From the NCBI GenBank assembly GCA_050014195.1, contig JBEKDT010000028.1, positions 1-15,037 of the forward strand: DNA of 15,037 nucleotides. Reading direction: 5' to 3'. Below, in pieces: positions 7,524 through 15,037 of the stretch. The translations under genes were made by a program, and so were the position numbers. The notes under the pieces were generated by a model, which worked only from the letters and a program-made list of their open reading frames with translations, was not told the DNA's origin and searched no databases. The DNA is from Desulfomonilia bacterium. Lineage in GTDB: Bacteria > Desulfobacterota > Desulfomonilia > UBA1062. Numbering within the stretch: position 1 is the stretch's first letter; each line of letters starts with the position of its first letter.

Positions 7524-8873
7524 TCACTCAACATCAATACCTAAGCTCTTGATCTTCCTATGCAGATTGCTCCGCTCAACGCCGATTGAATCGGCAGTCT
7601 TGGATATATTGTTCCCGCACTGCTGGAGCTTGCGCTCGATAAAAATCTTCTCGAACCCGGCTCTGGCATCTTTGAGTTCCTGCATATCAAAGAGCTTATC
7701 CATCTCGGAGGTGGTCCTGGTTCCGAGCGGCATGATGTCATCGGCAGTAATGGTATTGCCCGGGGTCATGATGATCAGGCGTTCGATAATGTTCTTGAGC
7801 TCGCGCACGTTGCCCGGCCAGTCGTGTTGCATGAGCTTCTTGATGGCCCCCTCGGTCATAGTCTTCTTGCCGCCCTTCAGGGGGGAGAAGAGCTTGAGGA
7901 AATGATCCACCAGCTCAGGGATGTCATCCCTCCGGTCGATGAGGCGCGGCACATAAATAGGTATGACATTGAGCCGGTAATAGAGGTCCTGACGGAAGCG
8001 TCCCTCTGCAATCTCCTGCTCCAGGTTCTTGTTGGTGGCAGTCAGCACCCGTACATCCACCTGGATGGTCTGGGCGCCGCCCACCCGCTCGAAGCGTTGC
8101 TCCTGGAGGATACGCAGGATCTTTGCCTGGGTGGGCAGGCTCATGTCTCCGATCTCATCCAAGAAGAGCGTGCCGTTGTGCGCCAGGTCGAACTTTCCAC
8201 GCTTGCGCTCGCTTGCACCGGTGAAAGACCCTTTCTCATGGCCGAAGAGCTCGCTTTCGATGAGCTCTTGAGGAATGGCGGCGCAGTTCACCTCCACAAA
8301 GGGATAGCTTGCCCTCCTGCTGTTCTTGTGAATGCGGCGGGATACCAGCTCCTTGCCCGTGCCGTTCTCTCCGAGGATAAGGACCCATGCATCCGTGGGG
8401 GACACGCGGTCGATCTGCTCCTTGAGCCTGAGGATGGCAGGCGAGTTCCCGATGATTTCATCGTCCTTCTCGGTCTTCTTCTTTAAGAGGGCATTCTCTT
8501 CCTCCAATGCCCGCAAGTGGATGGTGTTGTTGATGGTGATGATGATCTTGTTGAGGTCCAGCGGTTTCTCGATGAAATCAAGCGCGCCGAGCCTTGTAGC
8601 GCGGATGGCGGTCTCGATGGATCCATGGCCGGTCATGATGATGACCGGGATGGTGAATCCGGCTGCCTTTATCTCCTCCAGAATCTGAAGCCCGTCCTTG
8701 CCGGGCATCCAGATGTCCAGAAGAATGAGGTCCACATCCTGCTTCTCGATGATTTTAAAACCCTCTTCACCGGATGATGCAAGCAGCGTGTTGTATCCTT
8801 CGTCTTCCAGCCCGCCCTTGAGCGATAGCCTGATGTTCTCTTCATCATCCACAATGAGTATGGTGTTTTTCAT
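7524..8873 (-). CDS. ntrX: NtrX/NtrC-family sigma54-dependent response regulator
   Basis: Receiver (ILIVDDE, LDIWMP, KP), AAA+ (GENGTGKE, ESELFGHEKGSFTGA, LFLDEIGD, WPGNVREL) and Fis-type HTH. Directly follows ntrY. Confidence 0.88.
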   Translation of the reverse strand: MKNTILIVDDEENIRLSLKGGLEDEGYNTLLASSGEEGFKIIEKQDVDLILLDIWMPGKDGLQILEEIKAAGFTIPVIIMTGHGSIETAIRATRLGALDFIEKPLDLNKIIITINNTIHLRALEEENALLKKKTEKDDEIIGNSPAILRLKEQIDRVSPTDAWVLILGENGTGKELVSRRIHKNSRRASYPFVEVNCAAIPQELIESELFGHEKGSFTGASERKRGKFDLAHNGTLFLDEIGDMSLPTQAKILRILQEQRFERVGGAQTIQVDVRVLTATNKNLEQEIAEGRFRQDLYYRLNVIPIYVPRLIDRRDDIPELVDHFLKLFSPLKGGKKTMTEGAIKKLMQHDWPGNVRELKNIIERLIIMTPGNTITADDIMPLGTRTTSEMDKLFDMQELKDARAGFEKIFIERKLQQCGNNISKTADSIGVERSNLHRKIKSLGIDVE

Positions 8874-8875
8874 TC

Positions 8876-11053
8876 TTACTCCTTAACGGGCAGCTCTATG
8901 CTGAAGATGGTGCCTTTCGGCTCGTTGTCCTTGACGCGTATGAATCCGTTATGGTCCGAGATGATACGGTTCACGATCACAAGTCCCAGTCCCGTACCCC
9001 CCTTCCTGGTGGAGAAGTACGGCTCGAACATGCGCTCTTTGACGATCTTGGGGATGCCGGGGCCGGTATCTATGATGTCCAGTTTTGCGATGTGGACCTC
9101 CGCATCATAACTGGTCTTGATCGTTATTTTCTTGTCGGGGCTGTTGCTCTCCAGGATGGCCGTCGTGGAGTTCTCAAGGAGGTTGGTGACGGCCCTGTTC
9201 ATCTGGGAGCTGTCGATGTCGATCTTGGGCATGCCCTCATCAAGCTCGAGGGTGTACTCCATGGCCTGGTGGGCCTGACGATAGAGAGCTACCGCATCCA
9301 TTACCACCTTGTTGAGGTCTTCAGGTACGGGCATGGAAGTGGGCATCTTGGCAAAGGCGCTAAATTCGTTCACCAAGCGCTTCATCATGTCCACTTCATT
9401 GATGATGACGCGGGTACATTCATCGAAGACCGCCGCATCATCACCGAGCTTGTCCATGTATCTGCGCCTGAGCCTCTGGGCAGAGAGCTGGATGGGGGTG
9501 AGAGGATTCTTCACTTCATGCGCGATCCTGCGCGCCACCTCCCGCCATGCAGCCATGCGCTGCATTCTCTGGAGCTGGGTAAGATCGTCGAATACGAGGA
9601 CCATGCCTATCCGTTCGTTATTGTCACCATAGAGCACAGAGGCCTGGCCCAGCAGCGTCAGCCACTTCCCGCCTATTGACACGCTCAGCTGCTTCTGGAT
9701 GGATGATGGTCTGGAGTTCTTTAATCCGGAGGCCAGCTCGGTAAAGATGGGCAGGTATTCACCCGACAAGACATCCTCTACATCCTTACCCATGGCCTTT
9801 GGGGAGGCAAGCCCGAGCATGGTCTCTGCGGAAGGGTTGATCATCACGATGCGGTCATCTCGATTGATCGTGATCACCCCGGTGGAGATGGTGTTGAGGA
9901 CCGTCTCGATATAACGGGTTCTCATGGAGATCTCGTTGTACGCACTCTCGAGGTTTCTGCGCGATGCTTTGAGGTCATCCACCATGACGTTAAAGTCATC
10001 GACCAGGATCCCCAGCTCATCAGTAGCCTGGACATCGATCTTAAATCCCAGGTCTCCCTTGGAGATCTTCTGAGTACCTTCTACGAGTTTTTCTATAGGG
10101 TTGATGAGACCTTTGGCGATATTCAGCGCGAACCATACGGCAGAGAAGATCACGAGCAGGGTCACCGAGGTTAAGATGATGATGTAGTTCGTCTTGATGG
10201 GACCCTTGAGCCTGAGGTTCTGGGAATAGTCCTTGAATGAGCCTTTGATAAGACTGAGCCTCCCCGAGAGGCTCTCAGGTACAAAGTAGTCCACCACGAG
10301 AACCCCTACGATATCGGCCGGGTTAAATGATGATCGGATCGGCACGAATCCTTCAATAATGTCTGCTTTGCCTTTTCGCACGACCATGGACATGCCCTTG
10401 CCCTGCATGGCGGATCTGACGGTACCGGATTCAGTGGTCGGCATGGCCTCGGCCCGGAGGTTCGGCGAGAGGATCTTCGCCAATTCTTCTCCCTGGGCCG
10501 AGAAGACCACTACGGATGACAGCCTGAACAAGTCCATTTTCTCCTGTAGCATGGCTTTTAAGATATTGAGGTTTTCTTCCTTTAAAAGCCTGCCTTCGGT
10601 GATCTCCTTCGAGATGGAGCTTGCATAATGGATGGCATCCGCCGAGGCTTCCTGGTAGTAGATATTCGCCACATTCATGGACTCCTCGATCGCGTCCTCC
10701 ACCTCATTGGAGAGCCATCCCTCCATGCTCCGGTTCAGGAAGACCACGCTTGCGAAGAAGAGCACGGTGGTGGGTATGATGGTAAGTGTCACAAAGGCGA
10801 CCACGAGCTTGGTCCTGAGCCTGGTGCCCAACACCCCCCTCCTGCGTTCGAGCATGAGCTTCACCACGTTGCGGATCACCAGGAAGACCACCAGGATGAG
10901 GAGCACTACATTGAGGCTGATTATGGTGAACACGACTGCATTGCTGGATGGCACGAGGCTCAGGCTGCTCAGGTTCGTCTTTACAATGCTCATGAGAACC
11001 ATCATGAGGATGATGGCTGCAACAATGATCATCTCCTTTGTCTTCTTGGACAT
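8876..11053 (-). CDS. ntrY: NtrY-family HAMP/PAS sensor histidine kinase
   Basis: TM segments, HAMP (DELGILVDDFNVM), PAS, AAWREVARRIAHEVKNPLTPIQLSAQRL, DTGPGI and GTGLGL motifs. Confidence 0.9.
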   Translation of the reverse strand: MSKKTKEMIIVAAIILMMVLMSIVKTNLSSLSLVPSSNAVVFTIISLNVVLLILVVFLVIRNVVKLMLERRRGVLGTRLRTKLVVAFVTLTIIPTTVLFFASVVFLNRSMEGWLSNEVEDAIEESMNVANIYYQEASADAIHYASSISKEITEGRLLKEENLNILKAMLQEKMDLFRLSSVVVFSAQGEELAKILSPNLRAEAMPTTESGTVRSAMQGKGMSMVVRKGKADIIEGFVPIRSSFNPADIVGVLVVDYFVPESLSGRLSLIKGSFKDYSQNLRLKGPIKTNYIIILTSVTLLVIFSAVWFALNIAKGLINPIEKLVEGTQKISKGDLGFKIDVQATDELGILVDDFNVMVDDLKASRRNLESAYNEISMRTRYIETVLNTISTGVITINRDDRIVMINPSAETMLGLASPKAMGKDVEDVLSGEYLPIFTELASGLKNSRPSSIQKQLSVSIGGKWLTLLGQASVLYGDNNERIGMVLVFDDLTQLQRMQRMAAWREVARRIAHEVKNPLTPIQLSAQRLRRRYMDKLGDDAAVFDECTRVIINEVDMMKRLVNEFSAFAKMPTSMPVPEDLNKVVMDAVALYRQAHQAMEYTLELDEGMPKIDIDSSQMNRAVTNLLENSTTAILESNSPDKKITIKTSYDAEVHIAKLDIIDTGPGIPKIVKERMFEPYFSTRKGGTGLGLVIVNRIISDHNGFIRVKDNEPKGTIFSIELPVKE

Positions 11054-11058
11054 GACGG

Positions 11059-11877
11059 CTACTCCTGATACTGTTGCTGCGTGCTTAAGAAAATCTGTTT
11101 TGCAAGTCGGATGTGCAGCGTGTGGTTTGCCTTAAAGGCGCTGATTCGGGATTGAAGGGGCGCTTGAAGGGTCCACAGATCGCCCAGGATATCCAGGACT
11201 TTGTGGCGAACGAATTCATCCGGGAAACGCAGACCCTCGGGATTGATGATGCGGTCGTGGTTCACTACGACTGCATTATGTAACCCACCGCCTAAGGCAA
11301 GCCCTGCGGCATGCATCATCTCCACGTCCTTGAGTCTGCCGAAGGTGCGGGCGGGTGCAATCCGGTGTACATAATCATGGCCGTTAAAGATGAACCGCTG
11401 CCGCCCTATGGCCGGGTCGGGAAAGTCTATCTCATAGGTGAGACTGAACGGCCCCGGTGCCGCCTCGATCCAGGCGCTTCCTTCCTCGATGCGGATAGGT
11501 GAGGCAAGCTCGATTGGGGTACACTCAAGACCCAAGCCCTCGGTGCCTGCCTCCTGAAGGAGCTCGACAAAGGGCAGGGCAGAACCGTCCATGGAAGGCA
11601 TCTCCGAACCGCTTACCTCGATGAGGCAATCGGTAATACAAACGCCGTAGAGGGCGGACATGAGGTGCTCGATAGTGGATATGGCTACAGTCCCGTTGCC
11701 TATGGTCGTGTTCTGCCGCGTATCTACGACATTGGGCGGTGTTGCGGGGATTCGCTTTCCATTGCTGATGAAAACGATCCCTTCGGAATTGGGTGTCAGG
11801 TGCAACAAGGCTGTATCCCCTTTGTGGAGGCCGATGCCTTCGATCATCAGCTCTTTTTTTATGGTCCTGCGTTCCAT
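11059..11877 (-). CDS. lpxC: UDP-3-O-acyl-N-acetylglucosamine deacetylase
   Basis: GIGLHKG, STIEHLMSAL, MDGSA, IAPARTFG, GLALGG and RFPDEFVRHKVLDILGDL motifs. Confidence 0.95.
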   Translation of the reverse strand: MERRTIKKELMIEGIGLHKGDTALLHLTPNSEGIVFISNGKRIPATPPNVVDTRQNTTIGNGTVAISTIEHLMSALYGVCITDCLIEVSGSEMPSMDGSALPFVELLQEAGTEGLGLECTPIELASPIRIEEGSAWIEAAPGPFSLTYEIDFPDPAIGRQRFIFNGHDYVHRIAPARTFGRLKDVEMMHAAGLALGGGLHNAVVVNHDRIINPEGLRFPDEFVRHKVLDILGDLWTLQAPLQSRISAFKANHTLHIRLAKQIFLSTQQQYQE

Positions 11878-11941
11878 GGCAGGTCCTAGATTATGTAAGG
11901 CTCACCCATTAGTCAAATCCTATTGTGTTTGGGCGCCATAT

Positions 11942-11996
11942 CCCTGTCAGACGTGGAGCCTCACATTTGACAGGGCTTCATGAAATGCACTATAGA
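11942..11996 (+). promoter_or_regulatory. Putative tatB promoter overlapped by an inverted repeat
   Basis: TTGACA (11967-11972)-N18-TATAGA. The palindrome CCCTGTCAGACGTG-N6-CACATTTGACAGGG (12/14 complementary) spans 11942-11975. Confidence 0.4.
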
Positions 11997-12004
11997 GCTA
12001 TACT

Positions 12005-12286
12005 ATGTTTGAACTCAGCCTACCGCACATCCTCCTTCTTCTGGTCATTGCCATGCTCGTTATCGGGCCGAAGAACCTTCCCGAGATTGCAAAGACTCTC
12101 GGCAAGATCTTCGGCGAATTCCAGAGGGCCGCTGACGACCTCAAGCGTGAGATTCGGACCTCATCCGAGACAAAACCGGCGGATAATCCCGAGCAAAAGG
12201 ACGTGAAGAGCGAGGAATCTGCAGCAAAGCCCGAGAATAACACTGCGGCCTCGGACTCGACAGCCCCTCCTGAAAAAAATTCTTGA
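12005..12286 (+). CDS. tatB: Twin-arginine translocase TatA/TatB-family subunit (probably TatB)
   Basis: TM helix ending VIGPKNLPEIAKTLGK, an amphipathic helix and a polar tail. Directly upstream of tatC. Confidence 0.8.
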   Translation: MFELSLPHILLLLVIAMLVIGPKNLPEIAKTLGKIFGEFQRAADDLKREIRTSSETKPADNPEQKDVKSEESAAKPENNTAASDSTAPPEKNS

Positions 12287-12308
12287 TATCTTAAAAAAGG
12301 ACTCCCGC

Positions 12309-13052
12309 GTGGATGATGAGAAGATGCCGGTAATCGATCACCTGGAAGAGCTCAGGTCGAGACTCATCAAGTGCTTTATCGCTGTTATAGCAGGATTCAT
12401 CATATCATATTTGTTCTCCCAGCAGCTCTTCAGTTTCCTGACCTATCCCCTGGTCAAGGCCATGCCGAAGGGAGGCAAGCTTATCTACACCTCGCTGCAG
12501 GAGGCCTTTGTCACATACATGAAGATCTCATTCTTCGCAGGGCTTTTCCTGGCAGCACCGGTAATCTTCTACCAGCTCTGGAAATTCATAGTACCGGGCC
12601 TCTACAAGAGGGAGCGCACCTATGTGGTACCCTTTGTGATCGCGGCATGCATCTTCTTTATCATGGGGGCGTCCTTTGCCTTCTTTGTGGCCTTCCCTTT
12701 TGCATTCAAGTTCTTCTTGAGCTTCACCACGGAGCGCATCGAGGCCTTGCCCTCCATGAAGGAATACTTGAGCTTGTGCATCAGTCTCATCATAGCCTTC
12801 GGCATCACCTTCGAGCTGCCGGTAATCATGTTTTTCCTTGCCAGGATGGGCCTTGTGAATCACACCAAACTGAAAAAATCCCGTAAATACGCCTTCCTTA
12901 TCATTGCCTGTGCTGCCGCCTTTCTTACCCCCCCCGATATGTTGAGCATGTTTTTGCTCATCGTCCCTTTATATATCCTCTATGAACTCAGCATCCTGGT
13001 GGTCTACTTCACCAGGGAAAAGAAGACCCCAACCGAAGATGTTGCGGGCTGA
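12309..13052 (+). CDS. tatC: Twin-arginine translocase subunit TatC
   Basis: DHLEELRSRLI, YQLWKFIVPGLYKRER, FGITFELP, TPPD and PLYILYE motifs. GTG start. Confidence 0.96.
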   Translation: MDDEKMPVIDHLEELRSRLIKCFIAVIAGFIISYLFSQQLFSFLTYPLVKAMPKGGKLIYTSLQEAFVTYMKISFFAGLFLAAPVIFYQLWKFIVPGLYKRERTYVVPFVIAACIFFIMGASFAFFVAFPFAFKFFLSFTTERIEALPSMKEYLSLCISLIIAFGITFELPVIMFFLARMGLVNHTKLKKSRKYAFLIIACAAAFLTPPDMLSMFLLIVPLYILYELSILVVYFTREKKTPTEDVAG

Positions 13053-13066
13053 AATACCTTCCCTAT

Positions 13067-13094
13067 GTCATTCCCGCGGAAGCTTCGAATCCAG
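13067..13094. repeat. Degenerate GTCATTCCCGCG..GGGAATCCAG-type (dRS3-like) palindromic repeat
   Basis: GTCATTCCCGCGGAAGCTTCGAATCCAG. The left arm and tail match the widespread motif and the right arm is decayed. Single copy in the window. Confidence 0.45.
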
Positions 13095-13114
13095 ACAGAG
13101 CATGCACCTCTAGT

Positions 13115-13151
13115 CCCTTCTCCCCTTGCGGGAGAAGGACAGGATGAGGGG
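13115..13151. repeat. CCCTTCTCCC/GGGAGAAGG..GGATGAGGGG palindrome, same family as 3045 and 7429
   Basis: CCTTCTCCC-CTTGC-GGGAGAAGG followed by ACAGGATGAGGGG. Confidence 0.65.
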
Positions 13152-13254
13152 TAATAAGAGAAGTATTCCGTGCATGAGCGTCAAAGTCTTGGTTTGCAGT
13201 ATGGATAGAGTTAAATAAGACTCGTCATCTCTCTTTTGTTAAACCACATTTATT

Positions 13255-13450
13255 GTTACTTTCTTTTTGTGCAAAAAGAAAGTAACCAAAGAAAAGGCAC
13301 CCCACTGAACCCGCCCTGAAGGGTCCGTTCGCTCGCTTGGAAAATCCGGGACGCGACGGAACTCGCTCCGTTTCACTCCGCTCAGACAACCGCCGCTTTA
13401 CCCCGAATTTTCCTGCGCTCACTCACCGGGTTCAAAGGGGGAGAAAAAAA
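13255..13450 (+). repeat. Structured intergenic repeat, copy B (uninterrupted)
   Basis: Perfect 15-bp inverted repeat GTTACTTTCTTTTTG-TG-CAAAAAGAAAGTAAC (13255-13286), linker CAAAGAAAAGGCA, then the body from CCCCAC (13300) with nested pairings TGAACCCG/CGGGTTCA and GGAAAATCCGGG/CCCGAATTTTCC. Confidence 0.85.
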
Positions 13451-13697
13451 CTCTTTCTCAGTTTCTTTCCGATGACAGTGAATAAACTTTCTTAATCTGG
13501 ATAATTTTGAATAGAGAGAGTATTTGTTTGAAGTGGCAATACACCTTTGATCCACACCAACATCCAACACTGAAACATCAACACCTGTATGCACTAACTA
13601 TACGGATATACTGCATGTGTGCTTCAGATAACAATGGTGATATACTGCAAAAGTGCAGTAAAGTAATTGAGAACCTAAAAATTATTATGGACTCAAT

Positions 13698-14732
13698 ATG
13701 AATCAGTTACCAAAATCAAGTGATGAATTGAAACAGATATTAAAAGCTGCTGCTAAGATGTCTGATCGCAACTACTTAATATATGATACCTTTAAAAGTA
13801 TTACCGGTATTCCAATGAGTCTGATCTTGCGTCACTATGATTCTTGGACTGAAGCATGTAAAGACGCTGATGTAACACCAGGTCAAGCTTCTCCCCAAAA
13901 CATCACACCCAGGTATAGTAAAGGTAAACACCATGCTCTGTCTGAAGTAAAACGTATTGCAGCGATCCTTGGTACAGATACTTTATCAAGAAGTGAGTTA
14001 AACAGCCATAACCCAGAAGTTAAGGCAGCTACTGTAGCAAATCTCTGGGGTGGATGGAACAAAGCACTAGAAGCAGCTGGTCTTAAGACACATCCTTTAT
14101 TTTATGAAAATATCCCTATTGCAGAACTAGCGAAAGAGTTCCTTATTGTCTTCCATGAACTTAAGGGAAAAGTCCCAACCGCTCATCAAATCTCGAGAAG
14201 ATCAAGACATGGGAAAAATACCTTCACGCGAAAGTTCGGCAGTTACTCAGCCTTTAAAATTAAAGTCATAGAGTATCTCCTTTCAAATGAAAAGCTGACT
14301 GCAGATGCACGTCTGGTTTTAGAAAGCTGTCTAGATAGCCTTGGAACCAAACATAGATTTGAAGCAGAAATATTGCCTCGTCCTCATGCAAAGGGACGGC
14401 ATCTCGGTTTCCGAGCTTTTGCGTTCGCTCCAACCTATGAGGCCGAGGTTGTTTCCCTTTTCTCGTCTGTAGCTGACGAACTCGGGTTTGAAATCGTCGC
14501 CCAAAGATCTGCTTTCCCTGATTGTGAGGCTCGGCGTCTAATAGATAGAATTAGAAAGCGTTACGAGAAGTGCTTGATTGAGTTTGAGTTTCGGAGCAGT
14601 GACTACAAGAAGCACAGACATCCACTTAAAGGATGCAATCTAATTATTTGCTGGGAACATAACTGGGTAGATTGTCCCTTGGAGGTTCTTGAACTCAAAT
14701 CTGAGATTAATCGTCTTCCAGGGTGGAAGTAA
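13698..14732 (+). CDS. Putative nuclease: three homing-endonuclease-associated (HNH_repeat-like) repeats plus a C-terminal PD-(D/E)XK-like domain
   Basis: Repeats RHYDSWTEACKDADV, NLWGGWNKALEAAGL and RKFGSYSAFK. C-terminus YEAEVV...FPDC...IEFE..SS.Y..H.H....CNLIICWEHNW. More AT-rich than the core genes. Confidence 0.75.
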   Translation: MNQLPKSSDELKQILKAAAKMSDRNYLIYDTFKSITGIPMSLILRHYDSWTEACKDADVTPGQASPQNITPRYSKGKHHALSEVKRIAAILGTDTLSRSELNSHNPEVKAATVANLWGGWNKALEAAGLKTHPLFYENIPIAELAKEFLIVFHELKGKVPTAHQISRRSRHGKNTFTRKFGSYSAFKIKVIEYLLSNEKLTADARLVLESCLDSLGTKHRFEAEILPRPHAKGRHLGFRAFAFAPTYEAEVVSLFSSVADELGFEIVAQRSAFPDCEARRLIDRIRKRYEKCLIEFEFRSSDYKKHRHPLKGCNLIICWEHNWVDCPLEVLELKSEINRLPGWK

Positions 14733-14734
14733 AA

Positions 14735-14796
14735 GGCCAACCATCGGTTCCAGACGGACGCGGGCTGTCGCCCGCGCACTGATGTCTGTCTTATGA
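14735..14796 (+). other. Degenerate attC site
   Basis: Starts 2 nt after the stop: GGCCAAC-CATCG-GTTCCAG-ACGG-ACGCGGGC-TGTC-GCCCGCGC-A-CTGATG-TCTGT-CTTATGA. Spacing and central stem match the attC at 896-959, but the right arm does not pair and GTT is absent. Confidence 0.55.
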
Positions 14797-14826
14797 ATGA
14801 CTTTGAAAAGGCAAGATTCCTACTCG

Positions 14827-14966
14827 TTTTTTTATCCCCCTTGAACCCGGTGAGTGAGCGCAGGGAAATCCGGGAGAAAGCGGCGGTTGTCTGAGCGAAG
14901 CGAGTTCCGCCGCGACCCGGATTTTCCAAGCGAGCGAACGGACCCTTTAGGGCGGGTTCAGTGGGG
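14827..14966 (-). repeat. Structured intergenic repeat, copy C (IS-interrupted)
   Basis: Reverse complement reads CCCCACTGAACCCGCCCTAAAGGGTCCGTTCGCTCGCTTGGAAAATCCGGG...CTCACTCACCGGGTTCAAGGGGG, highly similar to copy B. Confidence 0.88.
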
Positions 14967-15037
14967 TGTACAGGTCAAGGACATAGGTAACAAAAAGTAA
15001 AGGGACATAGGTAACACTTTCCGGTTCATTTGAGCCT
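14967..15037 (-). mobile_element. Right end of a second copy of the IS481-like element
   Basis: Exact reverse complement of 51-121, including the transposase stop codon and both TGTTACCTATGTCC repeats. Confidence 0.78.

Noticed and set aside
13255-13295. A/T-rich hairpin as the tatC terminator
   Set aside because: It is 200 bp from the tatC stop, has no U-tract after the stem on the plus strand, and is contiguous with the repeat body.
13515-13645. Possible tyrosine-recombinase/intI C-terminal relic (YLFEVAIHL*ST..SNTETS..LYA) and attI-like ATAACAATGGTGA upstream of the nuclease
   Set aside because: It needs several frameshifts and lacks the LGH motif and a GTT core. It cannot be told from chance without a frameshift-aware HMM search.
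51-15037. Whole window as one transposon or linear replicon with 77-bp terminal inverted repeats
   Set aside because: The IS termini face inward and the IS bodies extend outside the window. The cargo is housekeeping (lpxC, tatC), so two separate IS copies explain it better.

Overview
Bacterial chromosomal segment with a gene order resembling Deltaproteobacteria/Desulfobacterota (inference). The core (~1.6-13.05 kb) is housekeeping: rmuC, two radical SAM genes, radC, ntrX, ntrY and lpxC on the minus strand, with tatB-tatC divergent. Both flanks are accessory. At each window end the right end of the same IS481-like element abuts the same nucleotide of a ~150-200 bp structured repeat, and an uninterrupted copy of that repeat lies at 13255-13450. 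The left flank also holds an integrase-less integron cassette unit (consensus promoter, GTTAGAT core, orphan membrane-protein gene, canonical attC, truncated deaminase cassette) and a REP pair enclosing a decayed RAYT gene. The right flank holds an AT-rich gene for an HNH-associated-repeat plus PD-(D/E)XK-like nuclease, followed by a degenerate sister attC and bracketed by inverted copies of the structured repeat. All family assignments come from motif recognition by eye; no searches were run.
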